64,000 nt of DNA from an uncultured Acidimicrobiia bacterium (GTDB taxonomy: Bacteria > Acidobacteriota > Terriglobia > Versatilivoradales > Versatilivoraceae). Below, piece by piece: positions 40,172 through 50,582 of the stretch. The DNA lies in NCBI GenBank assembly GCA_963786955.1, contig CAWBAT010000009.1, positions 160,001-224,000 on the forward strand, written 5' to 3'. The position numbers were made by a program, and so were the translations under genes. The notes below the pieces were generated by a model. It saw only the letters and a program-made list of their open reading frames with translations, did not search any database and was not told the DNA's origin. Numbering within the stretch: position 1 is the stretch's first letter; the number at the start of each line of letters is the position of its first letter.

Positions 40172-41701
40172 TCATCCCATGCCAGCCGGCTGATGGAGCC
40201 CCATGGCCAGAGCCATGATTTTTTCCTGGTCTGCTTCTTCCCTTCTCAATTCGCCTGAAATCTCTCCGTCGTACATCACCAGAATTCGATCACTCATTTT
40301 CAAGACTTCCGGAAGCTCGGAAGAGATCAAGAGAATTCCAATTCCTTCGGAGACCAGCTTCCAAATTAATTGGTAAATCTCGGCTTTGGCCCCGACGTCG
40401 ATCCCGCGAGTAGGCTCATCAAAAATCAAAACCTTACTCTTGGTAAAAAGCCACTTCGAAAGCACCACCTTCTGTTGAGTTCCACCACTCAGGTTTCGAA
40501 CCACTTGCTCCGTAGAAGGTGTCTTGATTGCCAATTCCCTGACGTAGTCCTGCGTGATTGCCTTCTCGGCCCGGATATCGAGAAACCCGCCTTTGACCAA
40601 GCACCCCAGGTTCGCGAGCGTCGTATTTTCCCGGACCAACATATTCAAGACGAGCCCCTCAGACTTTCTATCTTCACTCAAAAACCCGATCCCTGCATCT
40701 ATGGCTTCTCGCGGGGATCCCCATTGAACAGCCCGCCCCTCGAAAAAGATCTTGCCACTATCGGGAAGGTCGGCCCCGAAGATGACACGAGCCAGCTCGG
40801 TTCGTCCTGCTCCAACCAGACCGGTGAGACCTACAATTTCCCCGGCCCGCAAGGAAAAATTAATATTGTGAAGCTTCCCCCTTCTGGTGATTGATTCAAG
40901 GCGCAAGAGTTCCTCCCCAAATCTTGAAGGCTCGGGAGGGAAGAACTCGTCCATCTCTCGGCCCACCATGAGGCGAATGATTTGTTCCCGGGGCAGCCTT
41001 GTGGCGGATTCGGTGTGAATTGTCTTCCCATCCCGCATGATCGTTACGCGATCGCAAATCTTCGAAATTTCTTCCAGCCGGTGAGAGATGTAAATAATCG
41101 ACACGCCTTGGCTTTTCAATCGCCGAATCAAGTTAAAAAGTTCACCCAGTTCACGGTCTGTTAAGATGGCTGACGGTTCATCCATGATGATGATTTGGGA
41201 TTTGACCGAGATCGCCTTAGCAATCTCCACCATTTGCTGCTGAGCGAGACTGAGCTTTTTGACACACGTCCTTCCGAGGATTTTCTGTCCAAAACTTTCG
41301 AGCAGTTCTTCGGCGCGTGATTCCATCTTTCTTCTATCCAGGCAGCCGAAGACATTTCCCGATACCTCGTGACCCAAGAAAATATTTTCCGCCACCGTCA
41401 TTTCCGGGACGAGATTGAGCTCTTGATGGATCATGGCAATACCCAGATGTCGGGCGGCAATCGGGGAATCGACTCGCGTCTCAATCCCATCAAGACGAAT
41501 GATCCCGGAATCAGGAATATAGACACCTGAAAGAATTTTCATCAGGGTGGATTTCCCGGCGCCATTTTCCCCCACCAGGGCATGGCACTGTCCAGCCTCA
41601 ACTGAGAGACACGCACCATCGAGGGCCAGCACGCCGGGAAACTCCTTCGTCATGTTGATCATTTCCAGCTTTGGCGATTTTCTGGAGTCTTCTTTTTCCA
41701 T
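40172..41701 (-). CDS. Sugar ABC transporter ATP-binding protein (RbsA/XylG-like, two ABC domains)
   Basis: GENGAGKSTL, IMDEPSA, LSGGTQQKVV, FDEPTRGIDVGAK. Confidence 0.93.
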   Translation of the reverse strand: MEKEDSRKSPKLEMINMTKEFPGVLALDGACLSVEAGQCHALVGENGAGKSTLMKILSGVYIPDSGIIRLDGIETRVDSPIAARHLGIAMIHQELNLVPEMTVAENIFLGHEVSGNVFGCLDRRKMESRAEELLESFGQKILGRTCVKKLSLAQQQMVEIAKAISVKSQIIIMDEPSAILTDRELGELFNLIRRLKSQGVSIIYISHRLEEISKICDRVTIMRDGKTIHTESATRLPREQIIRLMVGREMDEFFPPEPSRFGEELLRLESITRRGKLHNINFSLRAGEIVGLTGLVGAGRTELARVIFGADLPDSGKIFFEGRAVQWGSPREAIDAGIGFLSEDRKSEGLVLNMLVRENTTLANLGCLVKGGFLDIRAEKAITQDYVRELAIKTPSTEQVVRNLSGGTQQKVVLSKWLFTKSKVLIFDEPTRGIDVGAKAEIYQLIWKLVSEGIGILLISSELPEVLKMSDRILVMYDGEISGELRREEADQEKIMALAMGLHQPAGMG

Positions 41702-41850
41702 GTCCAAACACTCGATTGTAACCGCTAGAAAACAAAAGGTAATCATACACAAATCAAAAGACCGTTCAAACCCCAAAATCCCCGATCCATGCCGCTTCAA
41801 GGCATAAGTGTGGTATAAATGAGCCAACAAGCGGAGCGGAGTAACGACTT

Positions 41851-43100
41851 ATGGAAATATTGGGTGGCCCCCTTTTTGGGGTAGCGGGAGCTGGTGAGTC
41901 ACATGGGCCAGCTATAACAACAATTGTTTTTGGGTGCCCGCCAGGGTTGAGAATTTCACGGGAGCAAATTCAGCATTATCTGAACAGGAGGCGTCCCGGG
42001 GGCAATAAGCACGGCACACCCAGGCATGAAGACGACCAAGTCGTCCTGCTCTCCGGGTTGTATGCCGATGGGGCCGATGAACTCGTTTCGGGACCCGAGT
42101 TACGGGTCAGCCATGAAAATAAAAGCACCTCATCGCAGACCTATGACCGTGGAATTTCCACAGGAGAACCCATTTCCGCCATTGTGCTCTCGGCATCCAA
42201 GAAGTCAAATGACTATACCCAGTTCGTGGGAACGCAAGGGGAAGTTCGGCCCGGACATACGGATCTCGTCAAACATTTTCAATCGGCTGGATTTGCTGAT
42301 CCTCGTGGTGGCGGTCGGTCAAGCTATCGTTCCACCATTTCAGACGTGATCGCGGGATCCATTGCGAGGATTTACCTGGAGCGACATTTTCAAACCACCA
42401 TTTTGTCTTCGATTTCTCAGGTTGGAACTTTGAAAAGTTCCGTCAGCCTGTCGGATACTCTGGAAGCCTAGTCCACTCCAGATCCCCTCAAAAGGTTTCT
42501 CATGAAGAAATCCAGAAACTGGAATCACAGATGGCCGAAACTGAGATCCATACCATTGACCCGGAGTTTGCGGTTCGTGCAGGAGAACTCATCAAAGAGA
42601 CCCGGAAACAGGGGGATTCCATTGGCGCAGGGATTGAAGTGGTTGCCGTAAATGTGCCCCCGCTCATCGGAGAGCCGTTCTATAACAGTTTGAAACTTCG
42701 ACTCATGGGCTCTCTGGGAGGACTTCATGCAGTGCAATCCTGCGAAATGGGTTCGGGCTATGCGGTTGTCGAACGCCGCGGAAGCGAAAATAATGATCTT
42801 ATCCGCCGGTCCGGCTATCAGACCAACCATCAAGGGGGACTCATTGGAGGGATTACCACCGGGATGCCGATTGTTTGCCGGGTTGGTTTCAAACCGACTT
42901 CAACTATCTCTTTGCCACAGCAGTCCGTCCGCAAAAATCTCGAAGAGATTGATTTCCAACTTAAGAGCGGGCGACACGACCCCTGCGTCGGCGTTCGGGC
43001 CGGAGTGACACTCGAATCACGCATGGCAATCGAAATTATGAATGCCGTCCTGATGCATCAGGCCCAGAGGGTCGATCCAGCCGCATTTAAACTCTTCTAG
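41851..43100 (+). CDS. aroC: Chorismate synthase, split by a 1-nt deletion near 42465
   Basis: GESHG, RPGHTD, GGGRSS.R, GDSIG, GGLIGGITTG, FKPTST, GRHDPCV. The two ORFs are in different frames; GAA[A]GC restores ...TLESLVHSRSPQK... Confidence 0.88.
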
Positions 43101-43345
43101 AATCAACCCAGAGTGTTCTTCAGGCTACATTCATCTTTGCAATATCGCACGACAGGCGTGGACGCCTATCGCCACACCAGAAAGTAGCAACAGGCCTCCC
43201 GGCCTGTTGTCCGGGGCCAGCGGCCCCGGCTACAGCAAATGAGAACGAACTTCTGTAACTGAGTGCTCTGTTTTATAAATACAGCCGCGTGTTTTAGCGG
43301 TTTGTCGTATTAAAGGACGGAACGCACGCACCACTTGCCTCTTGC

Positions 43346-44500
43346 CTACAGGTCGCTCCTAGCGGAGCCCGCACGTAGCAGGAGTAGTGCAGAGTCGATA
43401 TTTGACCCTGTGGCTTTTCCTAAAATGAGAAGACAAACCGAAGGCCCAAGAATCAGGACTGAGCTACAATCGGCCAAAGTTGCAGAGCGGCGGCATACGA
43501 TGTTCGTTAGATAATCAAGCTCCGTAAGGAGCGACCCGTTTATAGAAAAACCCATTCTCAGATGCCACTAGCCCCGCTAGGGGCGAACTGTTTGTAGCCT
43601 CGTGCAAGGACGGAGAGAGTAAGCTCCGCTAGGAGCGACCTGTAGAAGTAAATATGGCAAATACCTACAGCCAAATCTACGTCCATGTCATTTTTGCCGT
43701 TCATGCCAGAGAATGCCTTTTGAAGAAACACTTTAAGGAAGATGTTCACAAATATATTGCCGGCATCATTCATCAGCGTGGTCAAAAATTAATTGCCATT
43801 AATAGTATGCCGGATCATATCCATCTGCTGGTCTGATTGAAACCGGATGTCGCTCTTTCTGACCTTGTCCGTGACATCAAGGCGATATCGGCAAAATTTA
43901 TTAACGAGAAGAAATGGTTTCGTGGAAGATTCAATTGGCAAGAAGGCTTTGCGGCTTTTTCCTATTCACATTCACAAGTGGATCGGGTGGTTCGATACAT
44001 ACAAAACCAGGAAACACAACACGCGAAAATGAATTTCCGAGATGAATATCTGCAGCTGCTAAAGAAGTTTCATATCGAATATGATGCGCGATACATCCTC
44101 CGATCACCAGAAGAGCGTGAAGATACTGGCCGCTCCTAGCGGAGCTCGATTTTATTGGGGATTGCGATTACTACAGACAGGACGCTCCTCCGGAGCTGAA
44201 ACCGTCCGGGAAATAATGATCCTGATCTGGACTCAAAAAAGGATCCTACAGCGCTTTTGGGAACGCTGGACAATGTTTGTCATAAACTGGAAGCTCGTAA
44301 CGGGACACACACGTAGCAGGTAACCCAGAGTTGATTTTTAACTCTGCGGCTTTTCCTGAAATGAGAAGACAAGTCGCAGAGCGGCGATCTCGATATAGAA
44401 TCTGATGTTCGCAAAAGAACAGAGCTCCGTCAGGAACACCATCTTGCAAGTTCGACAATGTTATGGCACGAAGCCCCGCTAGGGGCGAACTGTTTGTAGC
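43346..44500. mobile_element. Hairpin-repeat array surrounding a Y1 transposase gene (REPtron-like locus)
   Basis: Eight GC(T/C)CC-N3-4-GG(A/G)GC-type hairpins at about 43355, 43519, 43571, 43623, 44132, 44184, 44423 (imperfect) and 44473, several linked to GTAG/CTAC. Confidence 0.8.
43654..44139 (+). pseudogene. tnpA: IS200/IS605-family Y1 (HUH) transposase with in-frame TGA at 43834-43836
   Basis: MANTYSQIYVHVIFAV...PDHIHLLV*LKPD...WQEGFAAFS...VVRYIQNQ: HUH motif and catalytic Tyr present, both halves in the same frame. Confidence 0.9.
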
Positions 44501-44585
44501 GGTAGCCACGGTCATCGTCTTCTGCTGGGCGTGGGTTTTTAATGGCCAGTACGATGATCTTGACGGCTATCTCAAAGAACCTAGA

Positions 44586-45002
44586 CTAAGGGTTTGGCGG
44601 CGAAGTACAGACTAGGATCTCCAGGCTTTCTTCGCCCGTGTTGTCCACACCATGCTCACACCAGGAGGGCAAATGGATGAACATTCCTGCCCGTACTTCC
44701 ACTTGCTTTCCGGCCAGTGTCATCGTTCCTCGCCCCCGGAGGATGGAATAACACTCTTCGTTGTAATGACTGCCTACACTCAGTGTCGCGTGAGGGGGAA
44801 CATAGAGCATGGACACTGAGAAATTCTTAGAAGGCGCCTTGGAATTGGTCGGATGCAGCACGCGCACATTGACAACTTCAGATCCCGCAAATGTGAGAGG
44901 TATTCCATCTTGAACAGTAACGATGTTGGGCTGCACTCGCTTGGCCGGCTTTGGAATTGGTGGGTCGACTTGATACCCCTTATAAACTTGAATTTTTGAC
45001 AT
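44586..45002 (-). CDS. Cupin domain protein
   Basis: SHYNEECYSILRGRG...IHLPSWCEHG. Confidence 0.85.
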   Translation of the reverse strand: MSKIQVYKGYQVDPPIPKPAKRVQPNIVTVQDGIPLTFAGSEVVNVRVLHPTNSKAPSKNFSVSMLYVPPHATLSVGSHYNEECYSILRGRGTMTLAGKQVEVRAGMFIHLPSWCEHGVDNTGEESLEILVCTSPPNP

Positions 45003-45107
45003 GATTTTATTTTCTTCCTCCCTAAGTATTTCAAGATTAGCCCTTACGTGTAATCAATCGTCTCTCCCAAGATAAATTCAACCGTGTAACTGATCTGCCC
45101 TCCCCCA

Positions 45108-45599
45108 TTAACTTTGGATTTCCGGCTTATCGCGGAACTTCTCGATTGCCTGGCGGAGTGATATTTGAACAGACACCAAATGGGCCTCATCCCGATAGGG
45201 ATGGCGTGGCCAAAAAAACCCTTTCAAGCCATCCTGCCTGCGACGAGGAACTACGTGAACATGCAGATGGGGGATACTTTGACTCACATGGTTGTTTATC
45301 CCAATGAATGTTCCCTCAGCCATCATTGCTTCTTCGAGAGCGCGCGCAACTACTTGGGCAAGGCTGAAAACGGGTATGAGTAGGGATGGAGGCAGATCGA
45401 CAAGGGTCTCGTAATGGGATTTGGGTAGGATAAGGCAATGGCCAGGAAATAACGGCCGGTGATCCAGGAAGGCTAACACTTGCGCGTCTTCATAGACGGC
45501 GTGACATCCTAGTTCGCGCTGAATGATCCTGCAGAATCGGCAATTCGCATCCAGGTGCCGCGCAGGCAGGGTCTCTACATTAGAGTGGTCTTGCAACAT
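45108..45599 (-). CDS. HIT family hydrolase
   Basis: CRFC, FLDHRPLFPGH, HLHVHVVPR; start uncertain (overlaps the upstream gene). Confidence 0.9.
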   Translation of the reverse strand: MLQDHSNVETLPARHLDANCRFCRIIQRELGCHAVYEDAQVLAFLDHRPLFPGHCLILPKSHYETLVDLPPSLLIPVFSLAQVVARALEEAMMAEGTFIGINNHVSQSIPHLHVHVVPRRRQDGLKGFFWPRHPYRDEAHLVSVQISLRQAIEKFRDKPEIQS

Positions 45600-46011
45600 A
45601 CCGATGTTCAACCATCAGGCAGCGGTTCATAACGACCCAGAGCCCGGCGCTGGTAGCTTTTTCAGCCGCCGCACGATGAACGATTCCTTCCTGCATCCAA
45701 ACCCCCTGAACCTTGCGCTGAATCGCCTCTTCGACAATTGCCGGAACAGCCTCCACCTTTCGGAAGATATTCACCATATCGACCTGAACAGAGCCCGGAA
45801 TCTTCGACAGATCGGGGTAGCAAGTTTCTCCGAGAATAGAACGACAATTGGGATTCACAGGAATAATCTCGTACCCCTGCGATTGCATATAGCCAGCAAC
45901 CATATGACTCGGACGAAGTGGATTGTCAGAAAGGCCCACCACTGCGATGGTTTTCGTGTTTTTCAAGATATCGGCGATGTCGGGCTGATTAATGGCTGGC
46001 ATTGCAGACAT
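45580..46011 (-). CDS. CoA-binding protein (YccU-like)
   Basis: KTIAVVGLS..P.RPS, IPVNP, VWMQEG, VMNRC. Confidence 0.92.
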   Translation of the reverse strand: MSAMPAINQPDIADILKNTKTIAVVGLSDNPLRPSHMVAGYMQSQGYEIIPVNPNCRSILGETCYPDLSKIPGSVQVDMVNIFRKVEAVPAIVEEAIQRKVQGVWMQEGIVHRAAAEKATSAGLWVVMNRCLMVEHRYVARPL

Positions 46012-46017
46012 TCTGAT

Positions 46018-46764
46018 TCAATCGACTGATCCGTGTTCCTCAGTCAATCCACGCTTGAGAGTTTTGAAACGGCGGATCTCTTCGACTCCCAAGGGTCGGA
46101 ATGCCCCCGCCTTCAATTTTGGGTCGCGAAGAAAGCCAATCTGAATACGTTTCAGCTTGACCACGGGGTGATCAATCAAGTCAAACATTTTGCGAATTTG
46201 ATTGTTTTTCCCCTCGATCAGGGAAACTTTGAACCAGGGATTATCTCCGGGTTTCACTTCTTCGATCTGGCATGAAGCGAGAAGTTTTCCCTCCAACCGA
46301 ACCCCTCGACGAAGTTTGGACAACTCCTCCTCCGAGGGATTGCCCCGAACTTTGGCCAGATAGATCTTGGGACAGTGTGGTCCGGCACTCGCGATGGTCT
46401 GGGCAAAATCTCCATCGTCTGTCAACAAGAGCAATCCTTCACTCATGCAATCCAATCGCCCGACGGGAAAAAGTCGTTGAGAAACTTCCGGCAAAAGATC
46501 CAGGATCGTGGGCCTTCCCTGCGGATCGGATAAGGTGCACAGATATCCTTTGGGCTTATTGAGAAGAAGATAAGTCTTCCGGGTAGGGATTCGAATGAGT
46601 TTCTCATCTACTTTGACGGCGTCAACCGAAAGATCTGCCTTGCTTCCCAATTGCGTGGCAAGACGGCCGTTGACTGTTACTCGACCCGAAAGGATCAACT
46701 CCTCTGCCTTGCGACGAGAGCAGATTCCCGCCTGGGAGATCAATTTTTGCAGTCTTTCAATCAT
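46018..46764 (-). CDS. rluB: rRNA pseudouridine synthase with S4 domain (RluB-like)
   Basis: ERLQKLIS.AGICSRRKAE, LNKPKG, VGRLD, EGKNNQIRKM; usual position after scpAB. Confidence 0.85.
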   Translation of the reverse strand: MIERLQKLISQAGICSRRKAEELILSGRVTVNGRLATQLGSKADLSVDAVKVDEKLIRIPTRKTYLLLNKPKGYLCTLSDPQGRPTILDLLPEVSQRLFPVGRLDCMSEGLLLLTDDGDFAQTIASAGPHCPKIYLAKVRGNPSEEELSKLRRGVRLEGKLLASCQIEEVKPGDNPWFKVSLIEGKNNQIRKMFDLIDHPVVKLKRIQIGFLRDPKLKAGAFRPLGVEEIRRFKTLKRGLTEEHGSVD

Positions 46765-47504
46765 GTTGTTTCGGTGGTGAAGCTCTTGGGTTCAGGGCTT
46801 TCGGACTCAGATGGGGACAATTCCACGTCACTGGCCGTGGTTTCGATAGCCGGGGTCTCAATGTCAGAATCCGAAAACTCAGCTTGAAGGGGGACGTCAG
46901 GGGCAGAGCTTTCTTCTGCCGGAGCGTTAAAATCGAACGCGAGCGGGAGAGTCCCTTCTTGCGCTAAAGAAACTCTGGCTAGCTCTTCAAATTCTTCCAG
47001 GCTGGGCAACTCATCGAGACTCTTTAGCCCGAAGTGAATGAGGAATTCCTTGGAAGTTTTGTAGAGTATCGGTCTACCCATCACATTCTTTCGCCCGGCC
47101 GTAGTGATGAACTTCTTATCCAATAAGGTCTTTAAGACGCTAACCGCGCTGACGCCCCTCACTTCCTGAATCTCAGGAACGGTGATCGGTTGTCTATAGG
47201 AAATGACTGCCAAGGTCTCCAATGCCGCAAGCGAGAGCTTGATGGGGGGGGTCAAATGCTTGAGATACTTTCGGACCCATTCATGATGCTCCGGTTTGGT
47301 GGCCATTTTATAGCCGTTGGCAATTTCCTTGATCTCCAACCCTCTCGCAGACCCCTGGTACTCTTCGACGAGCTGCTGGATGGCCGTGTTTATGGACTCC
47401 TGGTGCTCTTTCCCCAACATCTCAATCAGGGTTTTTGCGGAAATCGGTTCACTGCTTACGTAAATGAGTGCCTCGATGATGGGCTTCAATTCCTGTTCAG
47501 TCAT
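46761..47504 (-). CDS. scpB: SMC-Scp complex subunit ScpB
   Basis: LSLAALETLAVISYRQPIT, GRPILYKT..FL.HFGL. Confidence 0.96.
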   Translation of the reverse strand: MTEQELKPIIEALIYVSSEPISAKTLIEMLGKEHQESINTAIQQLVEEYQGSARGLEIKEIANGYKMATKPEHHEWVRKYLKHLTPPIKLSLAALETLAVISYRQPITVPEIQEVRGVSAVSVLKTLLDKKFITTAGRKNVMGRPILYKTSKEFLIHFGLKSLDELPSLEEFEELARVSLAQEGTLPLAFDFNAPAEESSAPDVPLQAEFSDSDIETPAIETTASDVELSPSESESPEPKSFTTETT

Positions 47505-47544
47505 TCCCGTCGATTCCCTCGTGTAAATGATCCAAGCTCCAAAA

Positions 47545-48336
47545 TTAAAGAACCCCTGCCCCTTTGGCCGCTGCTTGGGGTTCCATCCATTTTTCCCATT
47601 GGTTCATGACTTGTTCAAAATTCTCCCGGCGGCGAACCATGATATCGCTGTAGTTTTGCCTCTGAACCAGCTTAATGGCCTGGAGATGAACCATTTCCAA
47701 TATTGCGAGAAAGGCGACAATGAGATTCCGCCGGTTATGGTAGACCGAGAAAACTTCCGTCAAACTCACTGTCCCGCTGGATCGTTCAAAAAACTGGCGC
47801 AGCTTTTCGATCACTTGACTGACCGTCAGCTCATCACGCTCAATATCCAGGCGGCCTGTTTCTTTTCTTCTCTCCAAAATCTTGTGGAACGTCGACACGA
47901 GATCAAACAGACTGACCTGGATTTCCCGTTCCTCCTCAGGAGCAGCCCCCTCTTGAACCCCTGCATTGGTCCAGGATGAACTTTCCACGAGCTCTTTCTG
48001 GTGTAACATTTGCGCGGCATTCTTGAACTTCTCGTGTTCCAAAAGCCGCTGAACCAGCTCCATTCTGGGATCTTCGTATTCTTCTTCAGACTGCAATGGA
48101 TCTCGAGGGAGGAGCATCTTTGACTTGATGTGAATCAATGTCGCCGCCATCAAGATAAAATCGCTGGCGACGTCAATGTCCAGTTCTTTCAGGATCCGCA
48201 ACGCTTGAAGATACTGGTCGGTGATCAGGGCAATGGGAATGTCGTAAATGTTAATTTGCTGCCTGCGAATCAGATCCAGCAGGAGATCCATCGGTCCTTC
48301 ATAGATTGGAAGATGGATCTGGTATGGGTCGCTCAT
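47545..48336 (-). CDS. scpA: Segregation and condensation protein A
   Basis: YEGPMDLLLDLI, MAATLIHIKSKMLLP, EDPRMELV, FLAILE. Confidence 0.96.
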   Translation of the reverse strand: MSDPYQIHLPIYEGPMDLLLDLIRRQQINIYDIPIALITDQYLQALRILKELDIDVASDFILMAATLIHIKSKMLLPRDPLQSEEEYEDPRMELVQRLLEHEKFKNAAQMLHQKELVESSSWTNAGVQEGAAPEEEREIQVSLFDLVSTFHKILERRKETGRLDIERDELTVSQVIEKLRQFFERSSGTVSLTEVFSVYHNRRNLIVAFLAILEMVHLQAIKLVQRQNYSDIMVRRRENFEQVMNQWEKWMEPQAAAKGAGVL

Positions 48337-48456
48337 AGGTCTAATAGTCTAACGCAGAATAGGTGGAAAATGGATCCCTTACTATAGATCACAATCCCAT
48401 GAAACTTTTAAGGCGCCGCCCGTTTTCAAAAAAAGACGACGATGCAGGCACATCCC

Positions 48457-49445
48457 TTATTCGAGCTTTACAGCTTTTCGCACTTCCTCCATCGTCTGTT
48501 TTGCCACGACTCGGGCTTTGCAGTTCCCTTCCTCAATGACATCCCGGATCTCATCTTTACGATGTTCATACTGCTTGCGCCTATCGAGCAGCGGCGAAAT
48601 TTCCTTGAGCAGGTGATCCGTCATCCACTTTTTGCAATCAATACACCCAATTCCAGCGACGCGGCATTCACGATTCACAGTCTGAATGGTTTCGGGCGGT
48701 GAATAGATTTTATGATAGGAGAATACCGGGCAGACGTCGGGATCCCCCGGGTCGTTACGCCTTTTCCGAGCAGGGTCTGTCATCATCGCTTTGATTTTTT
48801 GACGAATCGCTTCAGGGGAATCAGAAAGCGAAATATCGTTCCCATAGCTTTTGCTCATCTTTCTCCCATCAAGTCCCGGAAGACGCGGAACCGGAGTGAG
48901 CAGGGCCTGGGCTCTGGGAAAACCTTCCCGTAAAACGAGTTGAAACGCCGGCAAATTTCCCGAGTCAATTCGACATGAGGAACCTGGTCTTCGCCGACCG
49001 GCACAAAATCTCCTTTGTACATCAGGATATCTGCCGCTTGCAGGACCGGGTAGCCGAGAAATCCATAATTGCCGAGGTCGCGATCCGTAATATTCTCTTG
49101 CTGCTCCTTATAGGTGGGAACCCGTTCCAGCCAGCCGATCGGGGTAATCATCGAAAGCAACAGGTGTAACTCCGCATGCTCCGGGATCGCAGACTGGACA
49201 AACAGAACTGACTTCTTCGGATCAAGTCCTGCGGCCAGCCAGTCCACCATCATTTCAATGCGATTCTCCTGGATCTTCGAGGGATCGGCAAAATCAGAAG
49301 TCAAAGCATGCCAGTCAGCGATGAAGTGATAGCAAGCATACTCGTTCTGTAATTTGACCCAATTGTTCAGGGCCCCTACCACATGACCAAGATGGAGTTT
49401 CCCGGTGGGGCGCATTCCACTCAAGACTCGCTGATTAGAGGACAT
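48457..49445 (-). CDS. trpS: Tryptophan--tRNA ligase, split by a 1-nt deletion in a C-run near 48910
   Basis: SGMRPTGKLHLGH (HIGH-like), YPVLQAADIL, GEDQ, KMSKS. GAG CCC [C]AG GCC restores FPEPQALLT. Confidence 0.93.
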
Positions 49446-49530
49446 GAACAATTTTCCTTGACCTGATTTTCTAGTGATTGGTTGGGAACCCCTCAACCAG
49501 GTCACACGTCAAGAGCACTGAGCAACCATT

Positions 49531-50175
49531 TCAAAGCTTAATCAAGGTATCCACGACGGCCAGAAACGGAAACAACACCACTCGAAAGACCCCCATCATC
49601 ATACACAAAAATAAGATCATAAACCCGTAAGGCCGCAATTTCTCATAGCCCGAAGCAAGAGCAGACGGTAAAAAATGCGGGAGTATCCAGCTGCCATCCA
49701 AGGGGGGTATTGGAAGCAAATTAAAAACGGCAAGAATCACGTTGAGTTGCACTCCCAGCATGCACATCAAGTAGAGGGGCTCCGCAGCAGTTCCGAGAAA
49801 ACTGGCGTCGGCACGCAGATAAAACCGGAACAATTTGATCAATAGAAGGAACCCCAAGAAAGCCAGCATATTGCTGATGGGACCTGCAGCAGAAATTAAA
49901 ATGTCCGCCTGACGGCGATCTTTGACGTTGCGAGGGTCCCAGGGAACGGGCTTTGCCCATCCAAACATGGGCGCCCCTGTGAAAAAGCCAATGGCGGGAA
50001 AAATGAGAGTTCCAAACACATCAATATGAGGAATGGGATTAAGCGTAATCCTTCCCAAATGGCGTCCGGTGGGGTCTCCCAAGCGATCTGCCATCCAGGC
50101 ATGGGCCGCTTCGTGGAGACTCAAGGAGAACAAGAAGACAACCATGTCTAAGAAGAATAATGCAATTTGCGGCAA
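49531..50175 (-). CDS. Site-2 protease (M50) family protein
   Basis: HEAAH, FGWAKPVP, AGP.SN, FNLLPIPPLDG. Confidence 0.94.
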   Translation of the reverse strand: MPQIALFFLDMVVFLFSLSLHEAAHAWMADRLGDPTGRHLGRITLNPIPHIDVFGTLIFPAIGFFTGAPMFGWAKPVPWDPRNVKDRRQADILISAAGPISNMLAFLGFLLLIKLFRFYLRADASFLGTAAEPLYLMCMLGVQLNVILAVFNLLPIPPLDGSWILPHFLPSALASGYEKLRPYGFMILFLCMMMGVFRVVLFPFLAVVDTLIKL

Positions 50176-50414
50176 TGAGTCCCTCGATAGTTGGAATTTT
50201 CAGAAGTCACTACTGAGCGAAACGAGCGGGGAATACCAGGAGGGTGTGATCAGCGTTCGATCGGTGATTCGGACCTGGAATGACGACGACCCCAATGTAA
50301 TTTTCAGGCTGAGTTTAACATAGATGTTTTTAAAACACTAGCTTGGGGCGCCCCTCGACCCCTCGTTGGAAATTCCTCAGTCTCCTATTCAATACTCGTC
50401 ACGGCTCCGCCTTT

Positions 50415-50582
50415 GTTATGCGTTAGTTATCGGGGGAATTTCTGGTAGGGCGCGCTCGCCGAGCGCGCCGCGGACGGCCCGGCGGTCCGTCCCTACCCAC
50501 TCAGCCGCTACAGAAGCAACAATCTCAAATCGTCACCGAAGGCCTTGCCCTTAGAGATTTCCCCCCGTAACTAACGCATTAC
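50415..50582. mobile_element. 168-bp MITE (shell A), copy 3
   Basis: Perfect 8-bp TSD CCGCCTTT (50407-50414 / 50583-50590); nearly identical to copies 1 and 2. Confidence 0.95.

Noticed and set aside
42469-42471. Amber (pyrrolysine) readthrough in aroC, and likewise at 7699-7701 in the decarboxylase
   Set aside because: The downstream halves are in a different frame; these are indels, not in-frame stops.
43834-43836. Selenocysteine codon in tnpA
   Set aside because: The position is not a Cys-equivalent catalytic site and no convincing SECIS-like hairpin follows; a nonsense mutation is simpler.
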